Notes: generated by a model from the letters alone, not told the origin. Numbered from the stretch's first letter, positions 37,778 to 49,475 are shown. The stretch: DNA of 64,000 bases from an uncultured Bacteroidales bacterium (GCA_903877385.1 CAIRDP010000062.1:37640-101639); one strand, 5' to 3'. Made by a program: numbers and translations.

Positions 37778-38936
37778 AAAACACATCAAATTTATACCCT
37801 ATTCCCCAGCCTATATAGTCTGCCCTTCCGAAATGAACTTTAAGGAGCACATGGGCGAAGAAGTTATCGAAAAAAGTATACTGGAAGCAGAATTTCTCAT
37901 ACAGGGGCCCGTTGGTTTTTTCCTTTCCGCCCAGGTATACCCCGAGGTTTGTAATAAATCCCAGTTTCCCCAGCATCAGTTCGTAAGCTGCATTCACACC
38001 GGGTCTCATGATCTGAAACGGGCTGCCGGCAGGATTGTTGTTCATTTCGAGTATCTTCTTCTGGGATTCGTCGTACGAAAGGTCCAGGCCCAGGCCCACC
38101 TTGCTTTTCCTGCTGACCTCGATAAACGTGTTTTCAAAAAAATGATAAACAAAATAGTTGTATCCAAGCTCGGAGGTCATGTTCTTATACCCGAGCGCTC
38201 CTCCTATATCGAATTCAATGGAATGTCTTATTGTTGTGGAGAATGGGGCGGTAGGGGCGAAGTAGCGGTCGCCTATATCCTTATTCTCCCTCACCGGTTT
38301 GACAGCAAGCCCAATGCTGACCAGGGGGGCGTTAAGACCATAATTGGGAGTTTTAAGGGAGCCGTTTGAAAAATGCTGGAAGCTGACTCCCCCGGTAAGG
38401 GTGAAATATTCGCTGAGGCGGTACCTGGCTTCGAACATTAGGTTGATTGCCGCATTGATATGGGAGCCGATGGCGATATCCTTGTAATTGGTGAGCCTGT
38501 CAAATTTTTTAGTGAGATATCCTGCCCCGAGAGAAAACCGAAAGCCAAAAGTGAATACCCTGGTTTTATACAGGGGGAAATTTATGAACGGCATAAGGGC
38601 AAAAGCGCTTCCCAGTATTGGGTTGTTGCCCAGGGGGGTGTACAAAAAAGTCATCCCGAGAATCGGGTAGTTGTATGCTCTTTCCCAGTTCTGGCGCCCG
38701 TAGGTCTGCTGTTCAATGCTGAATTCAAAGGCCGGGAAATGCGCGTTAAACAGCTGCAATTCAAGGTGCTGTGCATAGAGAAATCCGTAATCCGCCTTGG
38801 CCTCGATGATCAGGTTGGAGGTGAACAGCTTATGTTCGAACTGGGCCGGGCATATTGCAGGGCTCCCCAGGAGGATCACAACAGTCATGATCTTCAGGTA
38901 TATCCGTGACAATATGGGTTTACAGCTCAGGGGCAT
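37755..38936 (-). CDS. Acyloxyacyl hydrolase / PagL-like outer-membrane beta-barrel
   Basis: W...YNYP..G, N..IGSHIN, HFSNG..K.PN.GLN motif; start moved to 38936 so it does not overlap mazG. Confidence 0.78.
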   Translation of the reverse strand: MPLSCKPILSRIYLKIMTVVILLGSPAICPAQFEHKLFTSNLIIEAKADYGFLYAQHLELQLFNAHFPAFEFSIEQQTYGRQNWERAYNYPILGMTFLYTPLGNNPILGSAFALMPFINFPLYKTRVFTFGFRFSLGAGYLTKKFDRLTNYKDIAIGSHINAAINLMFEARYRLSEYFTLTGGVSFQHFSNGSLKTPNYGLNAPLVSIGLAVKPVRENKDIGDRYFAPTAPFSTTIRHSIEFDIGGALGYKNMTSELGYNYFVYHFFENTFIEVSRKSKVGLGLDLSYDESQKKILEMNNNPAGSPFQIMRPGVNAAYELMLGKLGFITNLGVYLGGKEKTNGPLYEKFCFQYTFFDNFFAHVLLKVHFGRADYIGWGIGYKFDVFYGKKTIK

Positions 38937-39024
38937 TTCGGGTTTTTGATTGCAGCGCAAAATTATGGAACATTGGAGTTCAGCCGCTAATGCTGAAATG
39001 CTTATTTTTGCCAAAAGAACAATA

Positions 39025-39810
39025 ATGCAGGAAAAGACAGCAGCTTTTGCACGTTTGCTTGAGATAATGGATGAGCTCAGGGCCAAATGCCCCTGGGATA
39101 AAAAACAGACTATCGAAAGCCTAAGATACCTCACCATTGAGGAAACTTACGAATTATCCGATTCAATTATAGAAAATGATCTCGATGCCGTCAAGAAGGA
39201 GTTGGGCGACCTCATGCTCCACCTGGTGTTTTATTCAAAGATTGCTTCTGAAACCGGGGCTTTTGACATCACCGACGTCCTGAATAACATCATAGAGAAA
39301 CTCATCAACCGTCATCCTCATATTTTCGGAGATGTTGTTGTTAAGGATGCCCGGGAGGTTCACGACAACTGGGAAAAGATCAAGCTTAAGGAGAAGGGCA
39401 TCAAGTCGGTACTTTCGGGCGTGCCCAAGTCGTTGCCCGCCGTGGTTAAGGCATACAGGATTCAGGAGAAGGCCAGCGGGGTAGGGTTTGACTGGGAACA
39501 TCCCGAACAGGTGTGGGAGAAAGTCAAGGAGGAATTGCAGGAGCTTCGCGAAAACGTTGAGAATAACGCAAGCCATGCAAAAAAAGAAGATGAGATGGGC
39601 GACCTGCTTTTTGCCCTGATCAATTATGCCAGGTTCATCGAAGTCAACCCTGAAGATGCGCTGGAAAAGACAAACCGGAAATTTATCCGCCGTTTCCAGT
39701 TCCTCGAGGAGAATGCGAAGAAGATCGGAAAATCACTCCACGAGCTCAGCCTTGCCGAGATGGATGTTTACTGGGAGCAGGCCAAAGCTATGGAACAGCC
39801 CTTATTATAA
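39025..39810 (+). CDS. mazG: Nucleoside triphosphate pyrophosphohydrolase
   Basis: CPWDKKQT, EETYEL, ELGDL, RHPHIF, EMGDLLF. Confidence 0.96.
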   Translation: MQEKTAAFARLLEIMDELRAKCPWDKKQTIESLRYLTIEETYELSDSIIENDLDAVKKELGDLMLHLVFYSKIASETGAFDITDVLNNIIEKLINRHPHIFGDVVVKDAREVHDNWEKIKLKEKGIKSVLSGVPKSLPAVVKAYRIQEKASGVGFDWEHPEQVWEKVKEELQELRENVENNASHAKKEDEMGDLLFALINYARFIEVNPEDALEKTNRKFIRRFQFLEENAKKIGKSLHELSLAEMDVYWEQAKAMEQPLL

Positions 39811-40626
39811 GTGAGAAGGTCGTTATTTTTTCTTGCAGTTTTATTCATTATGGTGGGGGCAACGGCCCAGGATGCCGGCGATTCCCTGCGCAAAAACCCA
39901 TCGATGATCGATCTGCGCCTGGTCAAATCGGGGCTCATCGATGCAGGGGATGTTGCCATATCCCCGGTAAGGTGGAACCAGGCGCAATGGGCCATTGCCT
40001 GCGGGGTGGTCGGACTTACCATCGGTTTGGTCACACAGGACCTGGTCATACAGGAATTTGTGCAGAGGAACAGGACGTCGGCGCTGGATGCCGTAAGCAA
40101 GTATGTGCTGGAGCCATGGGGGAGCGGCTTGTACACCCTGCCTGCACTGGGGATAATGTATGGCTGCAGTTTTGCATTTCACGATAAAAAGGCAAGGATG
40201 ACCGCCATCAAAGGGGTTGAAGCGTTTGCCTACGCGGCTATTGCAACCGAGATATTCAAACAGGTCTTTCACCGGCAGCGGCCGTACCAGGGCGACCCTC
40301 CGAACCCATATTTATGGGTAGGGCCCATAGGTCCTTTATCATACACCTCTTTCCCCTCGGGACATTCGGCAGTTGTTTTCGCCGTGGCAACCGTCATCGC
40401 ATCTTCCTATAAAAAAACGGTCTGGGTACCCGTGCTTTGCTATACGCTGGCTTCACTCACCGCCTTGTCCAGGGTTTATGATAATGATCACTGGATGTCG
40501 GATGTGGTAATGGGATCAGCTATAGGCTTGGCAATAGGCCAGACCGTTTTCCGTAATTCGGTCAGGTTAAAACTGCTGCCCGAGAGCCCTACAGGCCCCG
40601 GCTTGACTCTTGTTTACCGTCTCTGA
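39811..40626 (+). CDS. PAP2-family phosphatase
   Basis: K....R.RP, SFPSGH, SR...DHW.SDV. Confidence 0.92.
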   Translation: MRRSLFFLAVLFIMVGATAQDAGDSLRKNPSMIDLRLVKSGLIDAGDVAISPVRWNQAQWAIACGVVGLTIGLVTQDLVIQEFVQRNRTSALDAVSKYVLEPWGSGLYTLPALGIMYGCSFAFHDKKARMTAIKGVEAFAYAAIATEIFKQVFHRQRPYQGDPPNPYLWVGPIGPLSYTSFPSGHSAVVFAVATVIASSYKKTVWVPVLCYTLASLTALSRVYDNDHWMSDVVMGSAIGLAIGQTVFRNSVRLKLLPESPTGPGLTLVYRL

Positions 40627-41259
40627 TCAATGCCTTGAAAGGTAATCGGCAACCCCTTCGGAAGTTCCCTTCATACCTTCGTCACCCTTATGCCAGTTGG
40701 CAGGGCAAACTTCGCCGTTCTCTTCGAAGAACTGCAATGCATCAACCATGCGGATTGCTTCATCAACGCTGCGGCCGAGGGGAAGGTCGTTCACCAGCTG
40801 GTGGCGCACAACACCCTGTTTGTCGATCAGGAAAAGGCCACGGAAAGCAACAGGACCGCCTTCAAATTCCATGGACCCCTCTTCGGTATACAGATATTCT
40901 CCTGCAAGAACATCGTAGTTGGCCGAGATGGTTTTGGAAAGATCCGAGACGATGGGAAATTTCACGCCCTTGATCCCGCCGTTCTTTTTCTCGGTGTTCA
41001 GCCATGCCCAATGTGAAAACTTGGAATCGACGGAACAACCAACAACAGCTACATTGCGTTTTTCGAATTCGGCCAGTTTTTCCTGGAAAGCCAGGATCTC
41101 GGTCGGGCAAACGAAAGTGAAATCAAGAGGATAGAAGAAGAATACAACATGTTTCTTGCCAAGGTACTGGTCAAGAGAAAAATTTTCTACAAATTCACCG
41201 CCGTTAACAACGGCATCAGCTTCAAAATGAGGAGCTTTTTTTCCTACTAATACTGCCAT
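40627..41259 (-). CDS. ahpC: 2-Cys peroxiredoxin (AhpC/TsaA)
   Basis: FYPLDFTFVCPTE and GEVCPANW; start MAVLVGKKAP. Confidence 0.95.
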   Translation of the reverse strand: MAVLVGKKAPHFEADAVVNGGEFVENFSLDQYLGKKHVVFFFYPLDFTFVCPTEILAFQEKLAEFEKRNVAVVGCSVDSKFSHWAWLNTEKKNGGIKGVKFPIVSDLSKTISANYDVLAGEYLYTEEGSMEFEGGPVAFRGLFLIDKQGVVRHQLVNDLPLGRSVDEAIRMVDALQFFEENGEVCPANWHKGDEGMKGTSEGVADYLSRH

Positions 41260-41350
41260 AATAAATCTATTTGAATTAATTACTGTTAAACTGCTGCAAA
41301 TATACGACAATTATTTAGAAACGTTATGAATAAATGGTTAAATTTCTTTT

Positions 41351-41487
41351 TGGGTGCTTGGTGCTGGGTACCGGGTACCTGCTATTTGATATCAGATGTT
41401 AATAACATAGCCCAGTGCTTAACCCCAGTGCCTGAAATCTAACGCCTTCATCCCGGTGCCAGGAGCCCAGTACCCGGCACCTAACGC
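41351..41487. repeat. Two opposed degenerate 7-mer tandem arrays
   Basis: Left: tgggtgc ttggtgc tgggtac cgggtac. Right: ccagtgc ctgaaat ctaacgc cttcatc ccggtgc caggagc ccagtac ccggcac ctaacgc. Confidence 0.75.
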
Positions 41488-42981
41488 CTAAAGTTTAATA
41501 TCCTTGATGTTGAACTGAAGCAGTTCATTCTTGCGGAAGTCGAAGAGAGTGAGCTTTCGCAGTTCGTAAAAGCTTTGCCAGTATGTTTGCAGGGCATTGT
41601 AATAATTTTTCTGGGCATTATCGGTCTCGATCTGGGCATTGTTAAGGTCGAGTATGCTGTTAATCTTGCCGATCAGGTAACGGCCCTTTGTAACGTCGTA
41701 GCTTTTACTTGCAACGGTATCGGATTTGGCTGCTATCATCAGCTGCCTTTCCTGCATATTGAACTGAATCACCTTCAGGTAGATGTTCCTCTGGAAGTCG
41801 ATGAGCTCCTGTTCTACCGAGTTTTTCACAATTTCCTCCTGGGACTGGGCCATCTTGATTTTCCCCCTGGCAACCCCCCAGTCGACGATAGGGACGGTGA
41901 ACTGTAATCCGACCTGCTGCTGGTCGAGGGGTTTGACATAGGCTTCCTGAACATTCGGGGCGCTTTGGGTGAGGCCGAATACAGCATTCAGGTTGGCGTC
42001 GAACCTGCCTTCCATCCTTGCCCTGTTTACATCCCTTGCTGCCTCGAGCAGGCGTCTTTGAAAATCCAGGGAAGTGGAGGTATTCATGTTGGCCTGGTGA
42101 ACGGCGTTCAAAGGGTCAATTTTAAAAAAGCTGATATCGGCGGGGGGGATAAGGACCATACCCGTGGTATCTTTGATCCTGAGATAGGACTTTATCTTGA
42201 AAAGTGCATTATCCACAGCCAGGTTTGCATTATCCACAGCTGCCTGGGCTTTGAGGAAATTAAGCTCAAGCTGGAGGAGGTCGTTTTCGGCGATCTTTCC
42301 CAGCTGGTACCTGCCTTTTGCAATATGGTAAAGAGTATCGTAATTCTTCAGGTTGGTGGTCGCGATCTTGTAGTCTATCTGAGCCTGGAGAAGTCCGAAA
42401 AAATAGGATGTCGTTGTCATCGAAAGTTGTTCAATATCTTCGAGATAGCGTTTTTTCGCCTGGTCGTATTTCAAAGGCTCCAGTTTTTTATCCCAGCGGT
42501 AGGAATTATACTGGAACAGGGGTTGGTTGTACCCGATCATGATTGGTGTTGACAAATACGATGTGACCGTTGAATCGGTATGATTGTCGAGGCGCTGAAG
42601 GCTGCTTTTAAGATAGATGTTACCGCCGGTGAAGCCGATCTTCTGGTTGAGGGAGGCATTTGCAGTATAGGTGGTATTTTGCTGGCGCACATAGCTCACG
42701 CTTCCGTCGGGATAAGTGTATTTGAGGTAGTTGTTTGAAATTTCGGGAATGGTCCCGTCAATGCTCAAACCCGGAAGATACGTGGCACGAAACGTCCGGT
42801 ACGACCAGAAGCTTGAGCGGAACAGTTGTTTGGCGTTAAGTGCATCGGCCGATTGATGTTTGGCTATTTCAATGGCCTCCTGGAGGGTAAGGGCGTGAAC
42901 AGGAGCTTGGGCGCTTGCCTTGCCAAACGCCAGGAAGGCAGTAAGAAGCGATACGGGCAGTAGTGAAAACAGGGCCTTCAT
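41488..42981 (-). CDS. TolC-family outer-membrane efflux protein
   Basis: Signal peptide, helical/beta alternation, RY..GKI....L repeated in both halves. Confidence 0.9.
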   Translation of the reverse strand: MKALFSLLPVSLLTAFLAFGKASAQAPVHALTLQEAIEIAKHQSADALNAKQLFRSSFWSYRTFRATYLPGLSIDGTIPEISNNYLKYTYPDGSVSYVRQQNTTYTANASLNQKIGFTGGNIYLKSSLQRLDNHTDSTVTSYLSTPIMIGYNQPLFQYNSYRWDKKLEPLKYDQAKKRYLEDIEQLSMTTTSYFFGLLQAQIDYKIATTNLKNYDTLYHIAKGRYQLGKIAENDLLQLELNFLKAQAAVDNANLAVDNALFKIKSYLRIKDTTGMVLIPPADISFFKIDPLNAVHQANMNTSTSLDFQRRLLEAARDVNRARMEGRFDANLNAVFGLTQSAPNVQEAYVKPLDQQQVGLQFTVPIVDWGVARGKIKMAQSQEEIVKNSVEQELIDFQRNIYLKVIQFNMQERQLMIAAKSDTVASKSYDVTKGRYLIGKINSILDLNNAQIETDNAQKNYYNALQTYWQSFYELRKLTLFDFRKNELLQFNIKDIKL

Positions 42982-42996
42982 ACGTAACAGTGATTA

Positions 42997-44370
42997 TTAT
43001 TCGTGTCTGAGTGATTCCACAGGATCTGCAACAGAAGCCTGTTTTGCAGGCATATAACCAAAAATGATCCCCACCGAGGCCGAGACCCCGAAAGAGATAA
43101 TGATTGAAACGGGAGAAATGATGGTAAGGATGCTGGTAAACTGCATGATGATCTTCGAAAAAATTATCCCGAGCACTATACCGACCAGTCCGCCGCTGAT
43201 GCTGAGCAGGGTTGCTTCCATCAGGAACTGGAGGACGATATCGCGTTTTGTAGCCCCGATGGCACGGCGGATCCCTATTTCCTTTATTCTTTCCATGACC
43301 GAGGCAAGCATGATGTTCATGATGCCTATGCCTCCGACCAGCAGTGAGATGCCCGCAATACAGCCCAGCACTATGTTGAAGATGTCCTTGGTCCTTTGTT
43401 CCTGTTTTAGCAAAAGTTCAGGGACCTTGATCTCGAAATCTTCCAGTTTCTGATGCCTTCTTAGAAGCATCCTTTTCAGCAATTCGGTAGTCGGGGGGAT
43501 CTGGCTGCTTTGTTTAACCTGGACAACGATTTTGTCGACCTGGTTCTTTGCCAGTTCATCTCCCTCGGTCGAGCCGGCGATGACCATGTCGCCGAAATCC
43601 ATCTCATAGCTTGAGCCGTGAAGAGAGGAGGCAGTGACCATAGTGCGGTCCTTCACCCTTCTCATCATGGTCTGGATAGGGGCAAACACCGAATTATTGT
43701 AGTCGGAGATGCCAAGGTTTTCCATGGTTGACTGGTTCACCTCTTTTTTCCTGAGCACCCCTTTTACCTTCAGCCACAGCCTGCCGCATTTGATATCCTG
43801 GCCTATAGCGCTGCCGTTAGGGAAGAATTTCGACTGTATTGTTGAGCCGATGATGCAGACCGATTTTCCGTCTTTCAGTTCCTGGGCAGTGAACATATCG
43901 CCCTGCTGGAGATCTATGTTAAAGAGATCGAAAAAATCGGGTGTTACACCGCTGATCTTTGTGGAATACCTCACCGCATCCCTGATCACATCAGCATCAT
44001 AGATTACAACCGGGCTCACTTTAAGCACCGTGGGGATCACTTCCCTTATGCTTTCGGCATCTTTCAGTGAAAGACCAGGAGAGAATTTGTTTTTATTCTT
44101 ATCGTTGGATGAAGTTGTTGATGAGCTCTGGCTGCTGTTCTGGTTTGAGCTGCCTTTTTTTTCAATTTTCGGAGTGATGATGATGTTGTTCACTCCGACC
44201 AGTTTCATCTGGTCGAGGATTTCTTTCTGGGCCCCGTTTCCAATGGCCATCATGGCGATAACTGCAGCCACGCCAAAGATGATGCCAAGGGCCGTAAGCA
44301 TTGAGCGGAATTTGTTCAGGAAAACCGCTTCAAGTGCTATATTGAAGATATACTGATAGCGTTCGAGCAC
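42997..44370 (-). CDS. MacB/FtsX-like ABC transporter permease (no ATPase domain)
   Basis: RS.LT.LGIIFGVAAVI, ISLLVGGIGIMNIMLASV.ER..EIG.R.A.GA, DPVESLR. Confidence 0.92.
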   Translation of the reverse strand: MLERYQYIFNIALEAVFLNKFRSMLTALGIIFGVAAVIAMMAIGNGAQKEILDQMKLVGVNNIIITPKIEKKGSSNQNSSQSSSTTSSNDKNKNKFSPGLSLKDAESIREVIPTVLKVSPVVIYDADVIRDAVRYSTKISGVTPDFFDLFNIDLQQGDMFTAQELKDGKSVCIIGSTIQSKFFPNGSAIGQDIKCGRLWLKVKGVLRKKEVNQSTMENLGISDYNNSVFAPIQTMMRRVKDRTMVTASSLHGSSYEMDFGDMVIAGSTEGDELAKNQVDKIVVQVKQSSQIPPTTELLKRMLLRRHQKLEDFEIKVPELLLKQEQRTKDIFNIVLGCIAGISLLVGGIGIMNIMLASVMERIKEIGIRRAIGATKRDIVLQFLMEATLLSISGGLVGIVLGIIFSKIIMQFTSILTIISPVSIIISFGVSASVGIIFGYMPAKQASVADPVESLRHE

Positions 44371-44380
44371 GGTTTTTCGG

Positions 44381-45742
44381 TTATTTCTTGATGATAATGT
44401 TTGAGGCAGATGCCCCGGTTATGGTGACCTTTTTAGAAGTGTCGCTCTTGGGCGGGGCCGCTTTATTCGGTTTAGGCTTGTACTTGTCAAGAACCTTTTT
44501 ATCAAGCAGAACCAGTTTTAACTTATCTGCTTTATCGGGAGGCACCAGCATGACTTCATCGTTCTTCTTCATCCCCTCGCGAATAACAATTTCATTTTCA
44601 TTGCTTTCGCCCGCGATGACCTGCTGGCGTATAACGGAACCCCCGTCTTTTTTATACACGAAGCTGATGCTGTCGGTATTGAAAATGGCCTCGATAGGGG
44701 CATACAGAACGCTGTCGATAATGGTTGTAAGAATGGTGTTCTTGGTGGTCATGGCAGGCCTCAGTATGGAGTCGAATTCATTGATGATGATCCTGACCTC
44801 GTACACCTTGGCATTGCTGTTCTGGAGCTGCTCGCCTATGTTGGCCACTTCAATAACCTTGCCTGTGAATTTCTTTTCGGGGAAAGCATCTATGCCAATT
44901 TTAACCTGCTGGCCGACTTTCACTTTACTGATATCGATCTCGTTCACGTATGTTTTCGAGATCATCTCCTTAAGGTTAGGGAGCTCGGCCACTACATTGT
45001 CCCAGGCATTGATCATACCCCCGACTCCCAGCTTGCTGCCGTCCCAGTTCCTTTTGTATATAACCATCCCGGCTTTCGGAGCCTTAACGGTAAATTCCTG
45101 GAGCCCGGTTTGCATATCGTCGAGCTTCCTCTTCGCCTGGCTGTACGATGCATTGACTTCCTGCATATTGGCTACGGCTTTCTGGTATTTCAGCTTGTAA
45201 TTCTTTTCGGCCTGGTCAAGGGCCCTGGTAGCTTTGTCAAGTTCTATCTCAACCTGCCGGATTGTGGCCGGGGGTTCGTACTTTGATTGTTCCAGGGTGA
45301 TCTTTTTTTCTTCCAGACCGAACTGCAGGTTGATCAGTTCATCCCGGGCCGACCTGAGTTCCAAGGAGGTATCGAGCCGGGTTTTTGTGAGCTGTGACTC
45401 AAGTTTCTCGGTATTGGTCTCCTCGTCCTTGATCTTTCCGGCGATCTCGGTACGGTCCAGGGAAGCAACATACTGCCCCGAATCCACCACGGTTCCGTCG
45501 GGAATGATATCCTGCATTTTCACCTGCCAGATACCCACCTGCCGCAGGCATTGGGGACCGAAGATCTTTTCGGAGCTTTTGGCAATGAGCTCCCCGGTAA
45601 CTGAAACTTCGATAGGGAAGTTGCCTTTTTTGATTTTGGCGATGATCTGCTGTTCCTTATTTCCCTTGGGAATGAAGAAGTAGACAGCGATGGCGGCAAC
45701 AAGAATGCCTGCGAAAATGAGTAAATACTTCCGTGAAGCCAT
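44381..45742 (-). CDS. Efflux periplasmic adaptor subunit (HlyD/MacA-like)
   Basis: N-terminal TM, lipoyl halves, coiled coil, VNE.DI..VKVGQ.V....DAFP. Confidence 0.9.
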   Translation of the reverse strand: MASRKYLLIFAGILVAAIAVYFFIPKGNKEQQIIAKIKKGNFPIEVSVTGELIAKSSEKIFGPQCLRQVGIWQVKMQDIIPDGTVVDSGQYVASLDRTEIAGKIKDEETNTEKLESQLTKTRLDTSLELRSARDELINLQFGLEEKKITLEQSKYEPPATIRQVEIELDKATRALDQAEKNYKLKYQKAVANMQEVNASYSQAKRKLDDMQTGLQEFTVKAPKAGMVIYKRNWDGSKLGVGGMINAWDNVVAELPNLKEMISKTYVNEIDISKVKVGQQVKIGIDAFPEKKFTGKVIEVANIGEQLQNSNAKVYEVRIIINEFDSILRPAMTTKNTILTTIIDSVLYAPIEAIFNTDSISFVYKKDGGSVIRQQVIAGESNENEIVIREGMKKNDEVMLVPPDKADKLKLVLLDKKVLDKYKPKPNKAAPPKSDTSKKVTITGASASNIIIKK

Positions 45743-45809
45743 AAAAGAAGTAATATTTAGTCCAGGTATAAAACCTGAGTGTTTAACAACGCCGAGAATT
45801 ATTCAATAA

Positions 45810-47786
<1,977 letters not shown>

Positions 47787-47897
47787 TTAAAATTTATAAT
47801 TTACAAAGATACGAAAAATTAATGTTAAAAATCGCTTCAAAACATCAATAAAATCAAGGTTTTTATTAACAATTTACAGTGGAAAAATACGGATGCG

Positions 47898-47951
47898 GGA
47901 TAAAGGCGCTAAGCGCCGATGACCGGATAATGGCGCTTCGCGCCGATGACG
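47898..47951. repeat. Two tandem 27-bp units, each with a GGCGC-N3-GCGCC hairpin (REP-like)
   Basis: GGATAAAGGCGCTAAGCGCCGATGACC / GGATAATGGCGCTTCGCGCCGATGACG. Confidence 0.75.
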
Positions 47952-47969
47952 TGATATCCAGTCCTCCGG

Positions 47970-49028
47970 TTATCTTGATTTCAGTAAATTTTCAGCTATT
48001 ATCCCTGCGGATTTGCCATCACCGAAATCCTGACGCTGGGGGGCATGGGGCAGGGCTGAATTAACGGCCAGGACGATTTTATCCGGGTCGGGGCCTGTGA
48101 CAATATTCCAGTTGTCGTGAAGGGTTTCGACCCATTCGGTTTCGGTTCTCATGGTAATGCATTGTCTTCCCAGGAAGTAAGCTTCCTTTTGAAGTCCGCC
48201 CGAGTCGGTAAGGACCTTGTTTGCATGCATGGTAAGCCATAGCATTTGCAGGTAACCCACTGGTTCGATGAGGATCACATTGGAAGGGATGTTTATTTGG
48301 GTATTCAGCAACCTGGCCGTACGCGGGTGGACCGGCAGAACGACGGGGCTTCCGATGCGTGAAAACGCCAGGAAGATATTTTTAAGGTTTTCGGGATGGT
48401 CGGTATTTTCGGCCCTGTGTATGGTTGCAAGATGATATGCCGGCGGTAAGCCCGGGGTACGGTATTTATCCCCTCCCGAAACAATCATTTCCCTGTAATA
48501 CAGCACCGAATCGTACATCACGTCGCCGCTGAACACCGTCTGGGCTTCAAGTCCCTCGTGTTTAAGGTTATTGATGGCGGTGAGGGTAGGGGCAAACAGC
48601 AGGTCGGAGATCCTGTCGGTAATGATGCGGTTGATCTCTTCGGGCATCATCCTGTTGAAGCTTCTCAGACCTGCTTCCACATGGGCAACAGGGATATGCA
48701 GTTTGGTTGCAGCCAGGGCCCCGGCAACAGTCGAATTGGTATCCCCGTAGACCAGGGTCCAGGCGGGTTTCTCTTTCAGAAGAACGTCTTCAATCCCCTG
48801 GAGCATCATCCCGGTCTGGTAGGCATGGCTTCCCGAGCCCACTTCGAGGTTGTAGTCGGGTTCAGGGATATGGAGCTGGCTGAAAAAGATATCCGACATG
48901 TTCTGGTCGTAATGCTGGCCAGTATGCACCAGGATCTCCTCCAGGCCGGCCGTAGCCCTGAGCACCCTCGACACTGCTGCCGCCTTGATGAACTGCGGCC
49001 TTGCGCCTATTACGGAAACAATTTTCAT
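47970..49028 (-). CDS. wecB: UDP-N-acetylglucosamine 2-epimerase (non-hydrolysing)
   Basis: GARPQFIK, HTGQHYD, YGDTNS, HVEAGLRS, PEEINR, DSGGLQKEA. Confidence 0.95.
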   Translation of the reverse strand: MKIVSVIGARPQFIKAAAVSRVLRATAGLEEILVHTGQHYDQNMSDIFFSQLHIPEPDYNLEVGSGSHAYQTGMMLQGIEDVLLKEKPAWTLVYGDTNSTVAGALAATKLHIPVAHVEAGLRSFNRMMPEEINRIITDRISDLLFAPTLTAINNLKHEGLEAQTVFSGDVMYDSVLYYREMIVSGGDKYRTPGLPPAYHLATIHRAENTDHPENLKNIFLAFSRIGSPVVLPVHPRTARLLNTQINIPSNVILIEPVGYLQMLWLTMHANKVLTDSGGLQKEAYFLGRQCITMRTETEWVETLHDNWNIVTGPDPDKIVLAVNSALPHAPQRQDFGDGKSAGIIAENLLKSR

Positions 49029-49066
49029 ATTCTCAGGATATCATCCGCAAACAAATAAAAAAATAA

Positions 49067-49412
49067 GCAACAGTCCTGTAAGCAGGATCCTGTTCCGGTA
49101 AACCGGCTTCTGTCATCTATCTAATCCGGAAGTCGTCCTCCGGCTTCAGCGGCCTACCCCCCGGCATCGGACGAGCAATCCTTGGCATCCGGTGTACATG
49201 GCCTTTCAACACATGGGGTTTACCCTCAGGGGCAGTTGCCTGCGCCCGACGTGAGCTCTTACCTCACATTTTCACCCTTACCTTGCGGCGGTTTTTTTCT
49301 GTGGCACTTTCCGTCACCGGCTTTGGGCCGGCGCCTTCCCGTTAGGAAGCATGGCGCTCTGTGTTGTCCCGACTTTCCTCTGCGTTGCCGCAGCGACAGA
49401 ACGAACTGTTGC
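49067..49412 (-). ncRNA. rnpB: RNase P RNA (type A)
   Basis: Minus strand has GAGGAAAGUCGGGAC, AGUGCCACAGAAA, GGUAAACCCC, UAGAUAGAUGAC and AACAGGAUCCUGCUUA; terminal P1 helix GCAACAGU/ACUGUUGC. Confidence 0.95.
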
Positions 49413-49416
49413 AGCA

Positions 49417-49454
49417 CAAAGGTACAAATAATCGGGATATTTCGCCTACCTTTG
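49417..49454. promoter_or_regulatory. Back-to-back TACCTTTG -7 boxes for rnpB (-, 49417-49424) and the MATE gene (+, 49447-49454)
   Basis: Both match the Bacteroidota TAnnTTTG consensus; the minus-strand box lies just upstream of the rnpB 5' end. Confidence 0.7.
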
Positions 49455-49475
49455 CAGCCCCCAAAAACCTCCCTT

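Noticed and set aside
37467-38369. 300-aa plus-strand ORF (likewise 44388-45200, 51588-52265, 55423-56091, 17877-18530)
   Set aside because: Antisense shadows of well-supported genes with no protein motifs
38937-39137. Head-to-head overlap of the acyloxyacyl hydrolase and mazG ORFs
   Set aside because: Artefact of longest-ORF starts; plausible starts at 38936 and 39025 leave a gap with divergent -7 boxes
47898-47951. Mini CRISPR array
   Set aside because: Only two abutting units, no spacers, no cas genes
49182-49475. 98-aa N-terminal extension of the MATE protein
   Set aside because: It is the antisense of rnpB; the promoter box at 49447 supports the TTG at 49476
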